From Paraspadella gotoi (Eukaryota; Animalia; Chaetognatha), in contig CM119265.1 of the NCBI GenBank assembly GCA_051294375.1, positions 24,484,279-24,548,278 of the forward strand: a stretch of DNA of 64,000 nucleotides. Reading direction: 5' to 3'. Below the pieces are notes generated by a model that was given only the letters and a program-made list of their open reading frames with translations, was not told where the DNA came from and made no database searches. This document shows positions 26,801-39,798 of the stretch, in pieces. Each line of letters begins with the position of its first letter. Positions within the stretch are counted from its first letter, which is position 1. The translations under genes and the position numbers were made by a program.

Positions 26801-28300
26801 TTTTCTCTCTTTTGTCGGTGTTGCCAAGATTGTATTGGATTCCATTTTCTCGTTGATTTCACTATGCGCCGAATTTTATCCGTTGGAATCTTCCGTCTTC
26901 AAGGATTCTGAGCCCAATTGATTTTTAGTAATTTACCTTATTTGATTGGCTTCCTGCGGAACAACTTCACGACCTCCAAGACGCCTCATTCGAGGTTAAG
27001 CTGAACTAGTTAGTTCACTACGTTGAGTCTTTTGAGCAATATCTTGGTTAAGAAAGTTTATTTAATATTTTTCTAAAACGAGTTTCGTTAAGATATAGCT
27101 TTATATAAGCGTCCGCGGCAGTGCGTAATTCTCTTAATCCTCGTTTTGTGCCATAAAAAACAAAATTTTTATTACTATCCCATCGAGAATTAATTATCGA
27201 CGCTGAAAAATGTTAACGCTTTTTTAAAAATTCTCGCCCATAGAAATGCCATGGTTAATCGCAACTGGAGAATTAACATATGGAAAGTAAATGGGTCAAT
27301 GTCTTTTGAGTTATTAAGGTCAGTTCCTAAATATTATTTTCTCTTGATGGCGTCCGTCTTCATTAACTTTTCACGTTGATCTTCCAAATATTTTTTGTTC
27401 TGATTATCAGATAATTTTTACTTATGTTCTTCGCCTAACTATTGACTTTTGTTCTATCCTCGGACCCCTTTCCATACAATTGAAATATATAGAAGCTCTT
27501 TGCTCATGTAGCAAAGGCCTAGTTTACCACTGCGGAAAGTTGTTAAGGAACACAATTGTTAAATTCTTTTTTATATTTCTATTATAGGTTGAAAAATGAA
27601 TATCAAATGTGAGAGTATAAGAAATTTTAGAGTTGCTGGTTTTTCGGGCAAAACACGGGCACGGTACTGTCTAATTTAAGGTATAGTGACTTTTTCTCGG
27701 CAGTCACGCGTCATTTTGTTTCTGCTTTTTAGTTTCTAATAATTCCACTGTAACAATAAGTGTGGCCGCTCCCGGGTCACACAACGCGGTCCGCAAATAC
27801 GTCTCAATGGCTGCGTTATCCTGGAAGCCTTATCGTGGAGTTTTTAAATAACTGTCGATAAGCGATGCGCCGATCTGGTTATTTTCGTCTGCCAACACAA
27901 CATCTTGAAATTTTGCCTGTTTGCGTTTTGTGTTTATGTAATGAGTTTTTATTGAATAATTTAAGAAAACTTTAAGTTGTAACACAGTATAGGAATTTAT
28001 CCTAGGGTACTAAAAAATCAGTTTTAGTCTCACCCATCGTAAACAAAACAAGAAAAAAAGAAAAACAAAAGTGAATAACACATTTTCTATAAGACCTGTT
28101 TGATCCCAAAATATATTATTAAAGTCCGCATATATTATATATTATAAATTTATCTATACATATCAATTTTAGATCAACCTTAGCGCGTCCAATAAATAAT
28201 CAAAAATCCCTCCGAATTGAGCGTCCTCCATAAATCAGGAATTAAATTCCCGATTAGGGGAGTAGAGCTTCTTCTCCCGCTAGAGGCGCTCTTGCCGATT
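20900..28300 (+). other. Low-quality region containing a stretched, interleaved copy of 16130-18500
   Basis: Ordered anchors: atgggtggcgtccgtacccataaccctcttagctccc (16355/21165), atcattgatgactgaataatc (17493/23027), caacacaacat (18314/27893), ttctcccgctagaggcgc (~18468/~28272). Confidence 0.7.
23630..24136 (+). CDS. GC-rich coding-like terminal exon fragment, product unknown
   Basis: GC-rich island with plausible peptide in shifting frames (DPMESYDYDERTNLHSRRAPPPPTPR...; PDPTDKRNSFIRRTLEMSEQAQSDNLGESWANIPD*); lies inside the low-quality chimeric region. Confidence 0.3.
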
Positions 28301-29153
28301 CGGTGTGTCGAATCTGCTTAAAAATGATGATTTTCTTGAGAAAATACTTGATAGTTGAGAACAACTCTACGTTAATAAGAACACCTCTCATCAAACGTCG
28401 CCATACTGAGGCTTGTATATTGTTGAGACAGTATTTGTTGAGAGGTTTTAGTTTTGTGGTTTTAGTCGTAACGAAATAACAAAGAGCGGGTACGACGATG
28501 TTGCCCAAAATTTTAAAAATGGCCTTTTGAAAAATTAACCTAGGTTATTACTAGATTAGAATGACATTTTAATTATTTCGGTAAAAAAATTTTGAAATTT
28601 ATATTATTATCCAAATTCGAAGAGACCAAGTTTTTTGCGGAGTTAAATTTCACAGGATGATCTTGCTCGGTCCAGCCTTTCTCTATTCATAGTTTCGGGA
28701 TTATTCATGGTAAGAAACTGAGCCAATTAGAGAAGAAATTAGGTATGATGGATCTCAGATTCACTTGCAATACGTTAAAATTATAGGACCCCATCGAAAA
28801 TGAGCACCTGAGTTTGTCACCAAAAATTTTACGGAGAAAAATATCAAATTCTCTTCTCCGGGGGCCCGTTGAAAATAATTGTTCAAAACTGACGAAACTT
28901 TTCATTTTTTCTTTGCCATTCTGCGTTTTCTCATTCGGTCACATCAATGACTATGAATAACATTATTGGATAGTCGAATGAATCGAAACCAAAAACAAAA
29001 AATGAAATAAAACCGGAAAAAAAACGAAACGAAAAAAAAAAGACCTTAAACGTGAGCCGGTTGACGAACAAATCTGAGAAACCAAGAGGTGAAGAAAACA
29101 AGACAACGGTAAAAAAGTTTTGAGCTTTCTAAGCGCATTCTCCTCTCTCTCTT

Positions 29154-29202
<49 letters not shown>

Positions 29203-29537
29203 NNNNNNNNNNNNNNNNNNNNNNNNNCTCTCTCTCTCTCTGTGTGTGCTCATGTCAAATCAAACAGATGTATCGAGTTATATTAAGTTTTAGTAAGATT
29301 GAAATATAATGAATGAACGAATTTAAATAATAAAAAATAATAATTTCACGGATATTTATCATCATTAATTTTTTTTTTTGTCCTCATCCTCATCAAAAAC
29401 GTCGTGGTCGTCGACGTTTTACTCCTCGGCGAGAACACCGGCTTAGGTATTTCTTTCCTTTTAAGAAAAGGAAAATCTTTCTGGGTCAGATGCCCTTAAA
29501 ATCCCATAATTGGAAAGGGACTAAAGCTTTTTCCGGG

Positions 29538-29601
<64 letters not shown>

Positions 29602-29664
29602 TATTAACAAAACCTCCAAAACCCGTCTTAATTTAACGATTTAGAAAAAGGATGAATCTTCAAA

Positions 29665-30286
29665 ATGCACAGTTACTTTAAAAGAGTTTCGAGTCTGATC
29701 TCGGGATTCGGTTCTTCTTCATCCAGAGACGAGGAATGGAATCTCAACGAAAGCGGAACCGATTCCAGGGAAAATGTCACCGAGAGGAAAATGGCGGAGG
29801 ATGGAACGGCGAAAGGGAAAATGGCGGAGGGTGGGATAGCGAAAGGGAAAATGGTAGAGGGTGGAATGGCGAAAGGGAAAATGGCAAAAGGGACTGAAGA
29901 GACGAAGATGATGACGACGAAAACTAAAAGAGATGTCGAGAGAAATTTCGTGGATAAACGCGACGAAGGGAGCAACGTAAACGCCGCCGCCGCCGCCGCC
30001 GCCGCCGTCGCCGCCGCCGAGCAGAACGACTCCGAAGACGAGAACGCCGCCGTAAACGCGGCGACGGATACGGCGCCGATGGCGAGAGGCAACGCTTACG
30101 ACGAGAGGAACGAGGGCGCCGTCGACGACGAGGCGTCTGGCAATGGAGGATGCTGCGGCGACGACTCTTTGTGTCTCATCCATTCGATCATCGTTGTGTT
30201 GTTTCTTTTCGTCTTCGCCGTGACGATCGCTCTTTACGTCGGCGTCAGAGAATTTAAAATGGAGATGGAGCGGAGTCCGATGAAGG
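29665..30286 (+). CDS. Exon 1 of type II membrane protein (cytoplasmic tail, KMAEGG repeats, poly-Ala, TM helix)
   Basis: Long open GC-rich frame, AAG G|gtaagg donor. Confidence 0.78.
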
Positions 30287-31602
30287 GTAAGGGAGTGGAG
30301 ACGGGGAAGGAGGGAGGGAGGGAGGTGGAAGAAAAGGAGGGAAGGAGGGACTCGGGAATGAAGAGGGGGGGAAAGGGAATTCCGTTGTTCTATAATTAGG
30401 AAGATGGACAAAAGATTTGGTGAATAAAATTTAATGTCATAAAAATAAAGCGAAAAAGATTAGTGGTTTTAATTGTCGATTTATGATAAGTGATATTTTT
30501 CTCCTAAATGAACTGAAAAAAAAAAACTCTCCGCTGCGTTTAGATAATGTCGAAAAATAATTAACAATGCTATCTTAAAGTGTTATGTCATTTAGTGGAA
30601 GTCAAACGTGAAATATTAAATGAAATAATTTGAATATTACTAACTAACAAAAAAAATGTATATTTTTTTTTGGACCGCCCTGTAGGAATCGATCCTTTAT
30701 TTTCTTTATAGGTGCGAGATCGAGAAATGAATTGCTGTTGGCTCTTTGCGAAGACGAAGAAAAACTGGCCATGATTTTTGGAATAAGTAAGTTTTCGTGG
30801 GTAAGAGCGAAGATTATTATCTTAGTGAAAAGAGACGATGGAATTATCTCATTCACATTCGTCATCTCATTCATCAATATCTCAGTTGTTCTCTCATTCG
30901 CATTCGTTCTCTTATTCATCAATATCTCAGTTGTTATTACATTTGCATTCGTTCTCTTATTTATCAATATCTCAGTTTTTATCTCTTTCGCATTCGTTCT
31001 CTTATTCATCAATATCTCAGTTGTTCTCTCATTTACATTCGTTCTCTTATTCATCAATATCTCAGTTGTTTTCTCATTCACATTCATTATCTCATTCATC
31101 AATATCTCAGTTGTTATCTCATTCGCATTCGTTATCTCATTCATCAATATCTCAGTTGTTCTCTCATTCACATTCGTTATCTCATTCATAAATATCTCAG
31201 TTGTTCTCTCATTCACATTCGTTATCTCATTCATCAATATCTCAGTTGTTATCTCATTCATCAATATCTCAGTTGTTCTCTCATTCACATTCGTTATCTC
31301 ATTCATCAATATCTCAGTTGTTCTGTCATTCGCATTCGTTCTCTTATTCATCAATATCTCAGTCTTTGACAAAAGCGAACAATACTTGTTGTTCCGCCAA
31401 TCTCCAAAAACCTTTTTGTGAAACTTTTTTAATCTTTTTTTAAAAAATATATATATATATTATATATATATAAAAAATATTTTTCTTATTGATTCGCGTT
31501 TCCACATTACTTTTTTTCGCTTTGAGGTTTTGTCAACTGTTACGTGACGGAAAAGGGAGGAAATTCACCGTCGAACGGAGGAGGTGGCGCGGCTGGCGGC
31601 GC

Positions 31603-31640
<38 letters not shown>

Positions 31641-32167
31641 AGGCGGCGGCGCGGCGGCGGCGGCGGCAAAGATCATCCGCTTGATTTGAAAAAGTGGGCG
31701 GAAAAAGTGAAAAAATTAATTGACAAAGGTGAACGGGAAGGGAGTGATTCAGTGAAATATCACAAGGCGACGAGTTTAAATGCTTTTTTGTTTTCGTTTC
31801 AGGTTCGACTAGTTTCACGAAGCTTAACAAAGATTTAGCCGAGCTTATTACCATCTCAGAGCGACAAGGTAAACGAATTGAAAAAAAAAACAGACCAATG
31901 AAATAATATTAGAATAATAATAAAAATGATAATAATAGGTCTTATAGTACAATAAGTAATCGATGGTTAAATGAAATTAATTATTTTAAAAATATTCAAA
32001 TAAATCAAAACATTAACGGTAACCAGATAATCATTTTTGAATCGTTGTTATGTTTTTTTTTAACAGAGATGAAAACGCAGCGCATTCTGACGACGAGAAC
32101 GAAAGTCGTTGATGTGTCGACGAAAATTAAGACGGAAGAGGTGGCCGTCGATAGGCGATATACTGGT

Positions 32168-32259
<92 letters not shown>

Positions 32260-35200
32260 CATCTCTCTATCAGATTGAACTTTATGGTAGTATTAAGTAA
32301 AAATAGATTAAAATAGAAAAGAATAGAATAGATTAGATGGAACAGAATAGAATTAATGGAATAGAAAAGAATGGGACTGAATAGAATAAAACAGAATAAA
32401 ATGGAATAGAATAAAGAAGAATAGAATCCACACTACCCTAATGAATTAGAACTACTCGATTCAAATCTTCCTCGCTCCCCCCCCCCTCCACCCCATTTCT
32501 TCAGCTTCCTTCCTCGCCGACAAATTCGATCTCGCGCCCGGAGAATTCACGATTCATCAGGTGCAGACGCATCCGCCACCTCAAAGGACGCCCGTCGTCG
32601 CGGCGGATGCAGTGACAGATGTCGCCAACGCGAATGATAGAGAAGCCTTCGCTTCAGCATCCAACGCCGAGAGAGAATCGAAAGATGCTCCAGATGACAT
32701 CAGGGAAGATGCTGAGAATGCCGAAAATGACGAAGCGGTCCAAACGGATATTTCGGATAGAGGGGATTTTGCCGAAAGCGTAGATAATGATGCCGCAGAT
32801 CCAGAAAGGAACGTATCGCCGAATTCACAGTCAAAAATTGTTCAAGATTCCCAATCGGTTTTACCGAAGAGAGAATCGCGTCTCTCGATGGAATCTGATT
32901 CAAGTTTGATGGAAGAACTTGTGTCTCATCTACTGAGCAAAGAGTCGGAAGGATTGAGCGAATCCGTCGTGAGTTCGATGAGCGAACTTGTGAGTTCTTC
33001 GGTGAAATCCGTCCTGCGTTCGGCCGGTGAGGGATCACAGTCTTCGTCCGAATCGGAACGAAATTCACAAGATTCAATCCATTCAGAATTAAGTTCACCG
33101 AAGAGAGCATCGCGGTCTTTCACGGAACCAGAGTTGAGAACGATGATGGAATTCTTATCACGTTTACGTAGCGAAAAAGAATCCAAGGTTTCGAGCGAAT
33201 CGCTCAAAGATTCACTGAAGGAATTGGTGAAGACGTCCGTGAAATATCTTTCGCGTTTAGCCGGTGAAGATTCGAGGGCTTCTCGCGATTCAGTTCGAAA
33301 TTCAGTTCGTCGGAGAAAGAGCAAACGAGTCGATGATGACGAGTCGACGCCGACGACGACGACGACGACGACGAAGACGCCCAAACCCTCCAACTTGATG
33401 CTAATTCGACGCCGGTTATCCTACAAAAAGGCCAAAGGGCTCTGCAAGAAAGGTAAGTGGCAGATGATTAAAAATTGAGTAGATTAGCGACAGATTCGCA
33501 AAAAGGCGGAAAAGCTCATGTGCGTCCCTTACCATACCAAGACCATTTTTGTTTCCCGACCTTTCTTCCTTCATTCCTTCTTCCCTTACTTTCTCCATCA
33601 CTCACCCTCGCGTCCAACCCTTCTTGCCCACTGCCCACTGCCCACTGCCCCGCCTCCTCCAGCCGGCGGCGATCCCGACCTCGCCGGCGCAACGGTCGAC
33701 GACGCCGTTGACCGCCTTTTCCCGCTGCTGTCGACATGCGCTCTGGGATCCCGACCGCCGACGATGATTGGCTGGAAGAAGCAGGAGCTCCACTCGATCA
33801 GAAGCGGGAATCAAGTTTGGATGAACGTGGAGTGCTTCGAACAGGAGGGCTTGAAGGAGGGTGAGTTTGGGGGATCGATTGTTGGGTGGGGGGGTGGGTG
33901 TTTGGAAGTGGAGTGGGTGAACTTGGGAGTGGATTGAGGAAATTATCGTTTGGGTCTTTACGAACGGAGACTTTGTGGATGAATGTTAAGTAAATGTTTA
34001 ATAAATGTGGCAAATTTAGGGGAAAGTTAGCGACGCCACCGTAATTAGAGTAAATTAACTGAGGAAAAAAGCGAGTGTTTAATCGATTTTTTTTTTAGCA
34101 AAGTTAGTTTTTTTTGTTTTTTTTTTTCTTTTATAAACTCGACTTTGAATTTGATCCAGGAATGAACAACGCCTTTTTGTTCGGCGCCGGAACGAATCCT
34201 ACCCTTTACGGCAACGGAAGCAGCGATGAACTTTCTCGCGATTACCGCTTGGACTTTAGAAGGTGAGTTACGCACTGTATCTTTTAACCATTAGACAGCA
34301 ATGATATTCACATATTGAAGTCTTTAATGAGAAGTAGAATTGATCCTTTTTCTGTTGACAAGTTCCAATTATTTTTGAGACGGATTATAATTAGTTTTTT
34401 TTTTTTTTTTTGACAATATACATGATAAAATCAAATAAAATGTTTTGCCAATTTTTTAGACATATTTTTCTAGGATAAAAGGATAAAAGGATAAAAGGAT
34501 AAAAGGATAAAAGGATAAAATATTAATAAAAACTTTTTTCTCTCTTAATGCTTTATAACTAATGATGACATAGAAAGATCAAATTATCTAAGATGTTTTG
34601 TGCTTTTCGAACTTCAAAAAATAACCAATACGCAATAATATATTTATTTATTTTCAACTATTAGAGAGTCTATTTAAATTTTTTGGTTTAAACTTTGTAG
34701 ATAAAGGTCATTCTGAGTTTTCGTTTTCCACAAACGGCAAACAATGATCTTATTGTTTTTTAGTTATTTTTTAATTTATATTCAGCAAGTTATTTTTTTA
34801 CTCTTGATTTTTTCTTTCTTAATTTCTTTTCTTCTTTTAGTTCTCTTTTTTTATTCATTCTTTCTATTTTTCGAGTTTTTTTTTTTCTAGTTGTTCTATT
34901 ATTTTATTTTGAATATTTATATTGTTTTATATTTTATGTTATACGTTTTATATTTATATTTAATTATCCCTTTCTTCCTTCCTCTCTTTTTCTTCTTCTC
35001 GACCAATCACAGCCCGCGAGTCTTCGACTCTCCGGCCAATCACAGCTCGGCCTCCGCCTCGACCCCGCAAGTGCCGCTCCTCGGCGACGAGCTCCCTCTC
35101 TCGGCGTCGACCTCCGGCGGCGCCAGCGTGGTCGACGTCCTCGCGAACGAAGACGGAAACGTCAGCGTCTCGGATCGAGTGGTGGGCGTGGTCGTCGACG

Positions 35201-35398
35201 GCGCGGTCAAGTCTCTCGTCAACGCGAGGGTCGTTGGATCGAAATCGGAGTTGATCGAAGGGCGATGGAGGGGAGTCGGATTCTACGCTGAGAGGTGAGA
35301 CAAGGGGGTGTAGAGGGGGTGATAGGGTCTGATGGGGTGTTAAAGAGGGGCCGAGGGGTGGAACGGCCTTTTGCAGTGGATTAAAATCGGTCATGAAG

Positions 35399-35434
<36 letters not shown>

Positions 35435-35591
35435 TTGTTGTTGTTGTTGTATAGGAGTGGGACTCAGGTTATGAATTATATATTATTTGTTACTTATATC
35501 TTCAGTGATAGTGCTCGCGCTGCCTTTCTAGTTTACCTGAGATTTATTGCAATAGCTAAATAACTAAATACAAATATAAACATAATTTATC

Positions 35592-35665
<74 letters not shown>

Positions 35666-35817
35666 CTTTTTTAAAATATTTGCTTTCGATTTTCAATTTC
35701 AGCGACGGAGAGAAAACCGGCGCCGGATTTTGGTTGGCATGGCCTACCGGCGCCGAGCGGATGTCGTTTTGCGGCGTCGATGATATTATTGGCGCTCTCT
35801 TGAAATCCAACGACTGA
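29665..35817 (+). CDS. ~900-aa type II membrane protein with low-complexity stalk and divergent C-type-lectin-like C-terminal region
   Basis: join(29665-30286, 30712-30786, 31527-31728, 31803-31868, 32067-32165, 32505-33452, 33663-33860, 34160-34262, 35013-35294, 35703-35817). Introns are GT-AG and phase consistent. Exon 3 needs two 1-nt corrections inside a (GGC)n tract. TM segment CLIHSIIVVLFLFVFAVTIALYVGV; AATAAA near 35842. Confidence 0.72.
30846..31364. repeat. 45-bp intronic minisatellite, about 11.5 units
   Basis: Unit ATTCATCAATATCTCAGTTGTTCTCTCATTCACATTCGTTATCTC, one shortened unit. Confidence 0.93.
32505..33452 (+). CDS. Large exon of type II membrane protein (acidic/Ser-rich stalk with 78-aa internal duplication, Thr linker)
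   Basis: Open frame of about 315 codons; tttcttcag acceptor, AAA G|gtaagt donor. Confidence 0.8.
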
Positions 35818-36287
35818 AGATTTAAAAACGCAGAGAGAAAAAATAAAGTTTAATATTAGTATAAACTGATAGGCAAGAAATAAAAAGAAATTTGATTTTG
35901 ACATTTTTTTTTTTTCATTAATTTTCGAGAGATGAAAAAAATAATAATTTATTTTTTCCATCGATGGAGATTTTTTTTTATTTATTGTCATGAGTTCGAG
36001 AGAATGGATACGATCGACTAATTTTAAACGTAAATTATACAATATACAATACAATTATACATTATACTATAATGCAACTCGACTGGTGAGAGTTTGAAGT
36101 AAATTTCGTAAATTTATCTTTTCGCCAAATTAGATTCAGTTGGAAAGAAAGAATGAAACACGTTGGCTTCACTAGTTTCACAAATGGACAATGCGATAAG
36201 CTAAGAGAATTTGTCACCATGACATGAGATTCGAAGTAAAAATTAACTTAAAAAGCGATCGAGATTTTCAATTTTTTGTAAACGAAA

Positions 36288-36731
36288 TTATACCAGAAAT
36301 GGTTTAGAATTAGAAAAGTAGAAGATGGAAAAAGGAACGACGACGACCAAGATGAGAACGATACAAAAATAGAAGGCGAGAAATTGTCGATCCTTCCTCG
36401 ATAATTTGGCCAATCCCGATACGACCGGGACATTTCGGAAGACCTGGGATCAAATTGAGGGATTTAAAATTAATCGATTGTTGTCTTGTGAGATTGTGTG
36501 ACTGCCTTTCTTGTGTGACTCGCTTTCACCGAACTACAGCGAAGCCTCGAGTCGTCGACGTCGTCGTGATTGATTGATTGATTGATTGATCTGCTCGTGT
36601 GATTATTTTTTTTTTCATTTACCATGACCGAATAGGGATCTTCGAAGCAACTTTTGGCACGAGGAGTTTCACTGTTTAGATAGAAAAAATAATCAAATAT
36701 ATATATTTATATAATTAAATTAATAAAAAAA

Positions 36732-36822
<91 letters not shown>

Positions 36823-36848
36823 TAAATAAATAAATAAATAAATAAAGA

Positions 36849-36943
<95 letters not shown>

Positions 36944-38145
36944 ACGAACGAACGAACGAACGAACGAACGAACGAACGAACGAACGAACGAACGAACGAA
37001 CGAACGAACGATTAACCTACCAAATAATCAATCTATAATCAATAATTAATCCATCAATTAATTAATCAACCCATCAAAAAATCAAATAAATCATTCACTT
37101 TCTTCCTTTCAAGCGGGAGTTGTGAGGGTAAATTGCAACATCGACCTGACCCTTACTTACCATTTCGCTTCGACGAAAGAATCGGGTTGTCGCACCTCGA
37201 TGGAGAAGAGGCCTTCCTTTCGTGACAAAGGAAAAACGGGGAATCTAGATTTGATGATAATTGAGGACAAAATTTTGTTAATAAATGAAAATTAAGTCGA
37301 AATAGAGGGGAAAAAATCCAAAAACAGAAATAAATAAATAAATAAATAAACGAATTAAGGAAAGAAGGAAAGAAAGAAGGAAAGAAAGAAAGAAGGACTT
37401 TCATCACGAATTTATTGTACGACACAAATTTCGCCATTCGTTTACTTTTACAGGAATAAACTTATATGCACGATTTATTCGTCATTTACATCACTTTTGA
37501 GATTTAGACAACCTTGCTCCATGTTAAAGCCATGTTAAAGCCATGTTAAAGCCAGTTCATCCGACGCCTCGAACGCGCGACTCCTCGCAGGCCTCGCAAA
37601 GTCTCACCTCTCCGCGGCGAGTTGCGGTCGTCCAATCTCGACGACGCCGAACGGACTCTTTTTTCCCGTCAACTCAAAAATCAAATCTCCGCACGGATGT
37701 TCTTTTGTTTCCATGGGAACGACGACGCCGCCATCTTGGGACGGAGACGACGGTGGCGGCATCAACGCTAGTGGCGGTGGCAGTTGCTGGACAGTTGGCG
37801 ACCAGTGAAACGTCGCCTGTGACGAAATGTGAAATGTTTTTTTCTGGTTTATCATGTTGTTTGTTCTTGTTAATTTAATATTGGAAATCAGTTTAAAGTC
37901 AAAATTCTTATTGAATCTTATAACTATAGATTCAAGATTCGCTGAACGAGTCATAGTGGAAAACTTTGATGTGGGTGTTTGCACATGTTAAATGACATGA
38001 GAACGTAGTTCGAGAGACACAAAAACACTGACTGACTGCCAGCAATGTGAAACAAGAGCAGGATTAACTTACCAAAGATTAAACTCACCTCCTCGTATGT
38101 TGGAGGAAGATTATTTACGCTGAGAATCAACGGAACGTGGTCCAT
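36288..38145 (-). CDS. 184-aa single-pass membrane protein with N-terminal PPxY (PPTYEEAT) motif and C-terminal transmembrane helix; family unknown
   Basis: join(38089-38145, 37608-37816, 37161-37244, 36623-36671, 36288-36443). caccATGG Kozak context; donors gtgagt/gtgaga/gtaagt/gtaaat; phases 0,2,2,0 all consistent with no internal stops. Ends KDRQFLAFYFCIVLILVVVVPFSIFYFSNSKPFLV*. Confidence 0.78.
36730..37010. repeat. Compound microsatellite (TAAA)n-(CGAA)n
   Basis: Direct observation; intronic in the PPxY gene. Confidence 0.95.
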
Positions 38146-39412
38146 GGTGAAAAGGAAAAACGAGTTCCTTCTCGATATTCGAATTTAAAATCGAAAAGAA
38201 AAAAACGCTATTTACGATAATAATTTCTTTTTTCGCTTTGACGAACCATTGCTCTTTCCTCGAGTGGGAGGAGAAACCAAAAAAAAAAAATCAAATCTCA
38301 AACGAAAATAAAAGTAAAGAGAAAACCTGTTTCAAACGATTTATGTTATTGAGTTAAACTCTGACGTCGATTTTAATTTGTTTTTGTCTTCTCCGTTTTT
38401 AGTTTACACATACACACATTTAATTTCCTTTCATGCGATCATATTTTCAGGTTATCAAATGACCGCAGAAGTGTGATACGTAGGCATATTAAGAATCTCA
38501 TGACTCATACCTTTCTGCCAAGTATTGAGAGAGTTAAATATAAGTATAATTATATAAGTATATAAGTATATAATTATATAAGTATAATTAATAAACAGAC
38601 TGCTCGACTGATAGATCGACCGACCGATAAATGAATTATCGAATTGCTCCGCGAGTAATCGAGGCGCAACCCAAAAACTTGTTTTTATCCGAGCGGAAAA
38701 AGAAAAAACGTGATCAGAAATGGAGCGTAGCGTGCTCCGTTGGTTCTTTGGAACTCTTTGTGTTTTTAATTGTCAATGTGAAAAAAAATATATTTTTAGC
38801 TTAGATATAACCAATAAGGCGGAACAAGGTAAAAACTAAGAGTTCTGTAATATAAATAACCTTTAGTATCCTTTAGCGATAACGAAACTAAAAAAAACAT
38901 TAAATGAATGGATAATTTTTATATTGGTTGTAGTTGTACCAATTTCATAGAAGCATTTAAAGATTATCGTATAAATAATTCTTTTTTTTTTTAATTTAGA
39001 ATTTTTCATTCTGATATAGCTTGAAAAAATATAAAAAAATATTATGACACCGTTTCCAAATTCTTATGTTTTACTGGTTGAAATTAGCAAAAACTAAAAA
39101 AAATTATGATGATGATAATTTTGAGGGTTTTCCCATTTTTAACCAACTTATCATCGAAATATTGAAAAAACAATCATAATAGTGTACACAACTTTTTATG
39201 GGCTATCTAAATCCGTTTTCAAAAAAAAATATTTTTTTTTATTTACTCTGCATTGATAAATATTTAAATGCTTCAAAGTTATACTATGCTTCACTAGTTG
39301 AAAAAGTGATAGTAAAAATCTATTAAGTATATAAAGAACAAATGAATTTTGTATTACAGAACTTCTATTGATAAAAAGTGATACATTTTGGCCTGCCTTA
39401 ATAACCAAGCTT

Positions 39413-39471
<59 letters not shown>

Positions 39472-39755
39472 CAGATTTGCCCTTTTTAACTAGAATACAA
39501 AACTAATTTGTTTCAGTTAATTTTTTCTGGTTTAATTTTATTTAATTTTAATGTTTTTTCATATTAAACAAATGATATAAATCTTATAGTAAAACGTTTT
39601 ATTTTCCCTTATATTGCTTACATCGTTCCAGACTTCACTTCGCGTCTTTTATCCCCGCAGATCTGGATTAATCTCGTATTTCACTTTTTCACGGTTTCCT
39701 TATTCTCCCTTTATCATCATTAATCATTTTTCCTCTGAAAAAGACTTCGCCATAA

Positions 39756-39798
<43 letters not shown>

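Noticed and set aside
29673-30411. Minus-strand ORFs of 139 and 230 aa (also 32700-33393 and 34960-35394)
   Set aside because: Antisense shadows of the GC-rich plus-strand exons.
37707-37720. Third X-box-like motif GTTTCCATGGGAAC
   Set aside because: Lies inside a coding exon (VPMET codons) and is single; likely coincidental.
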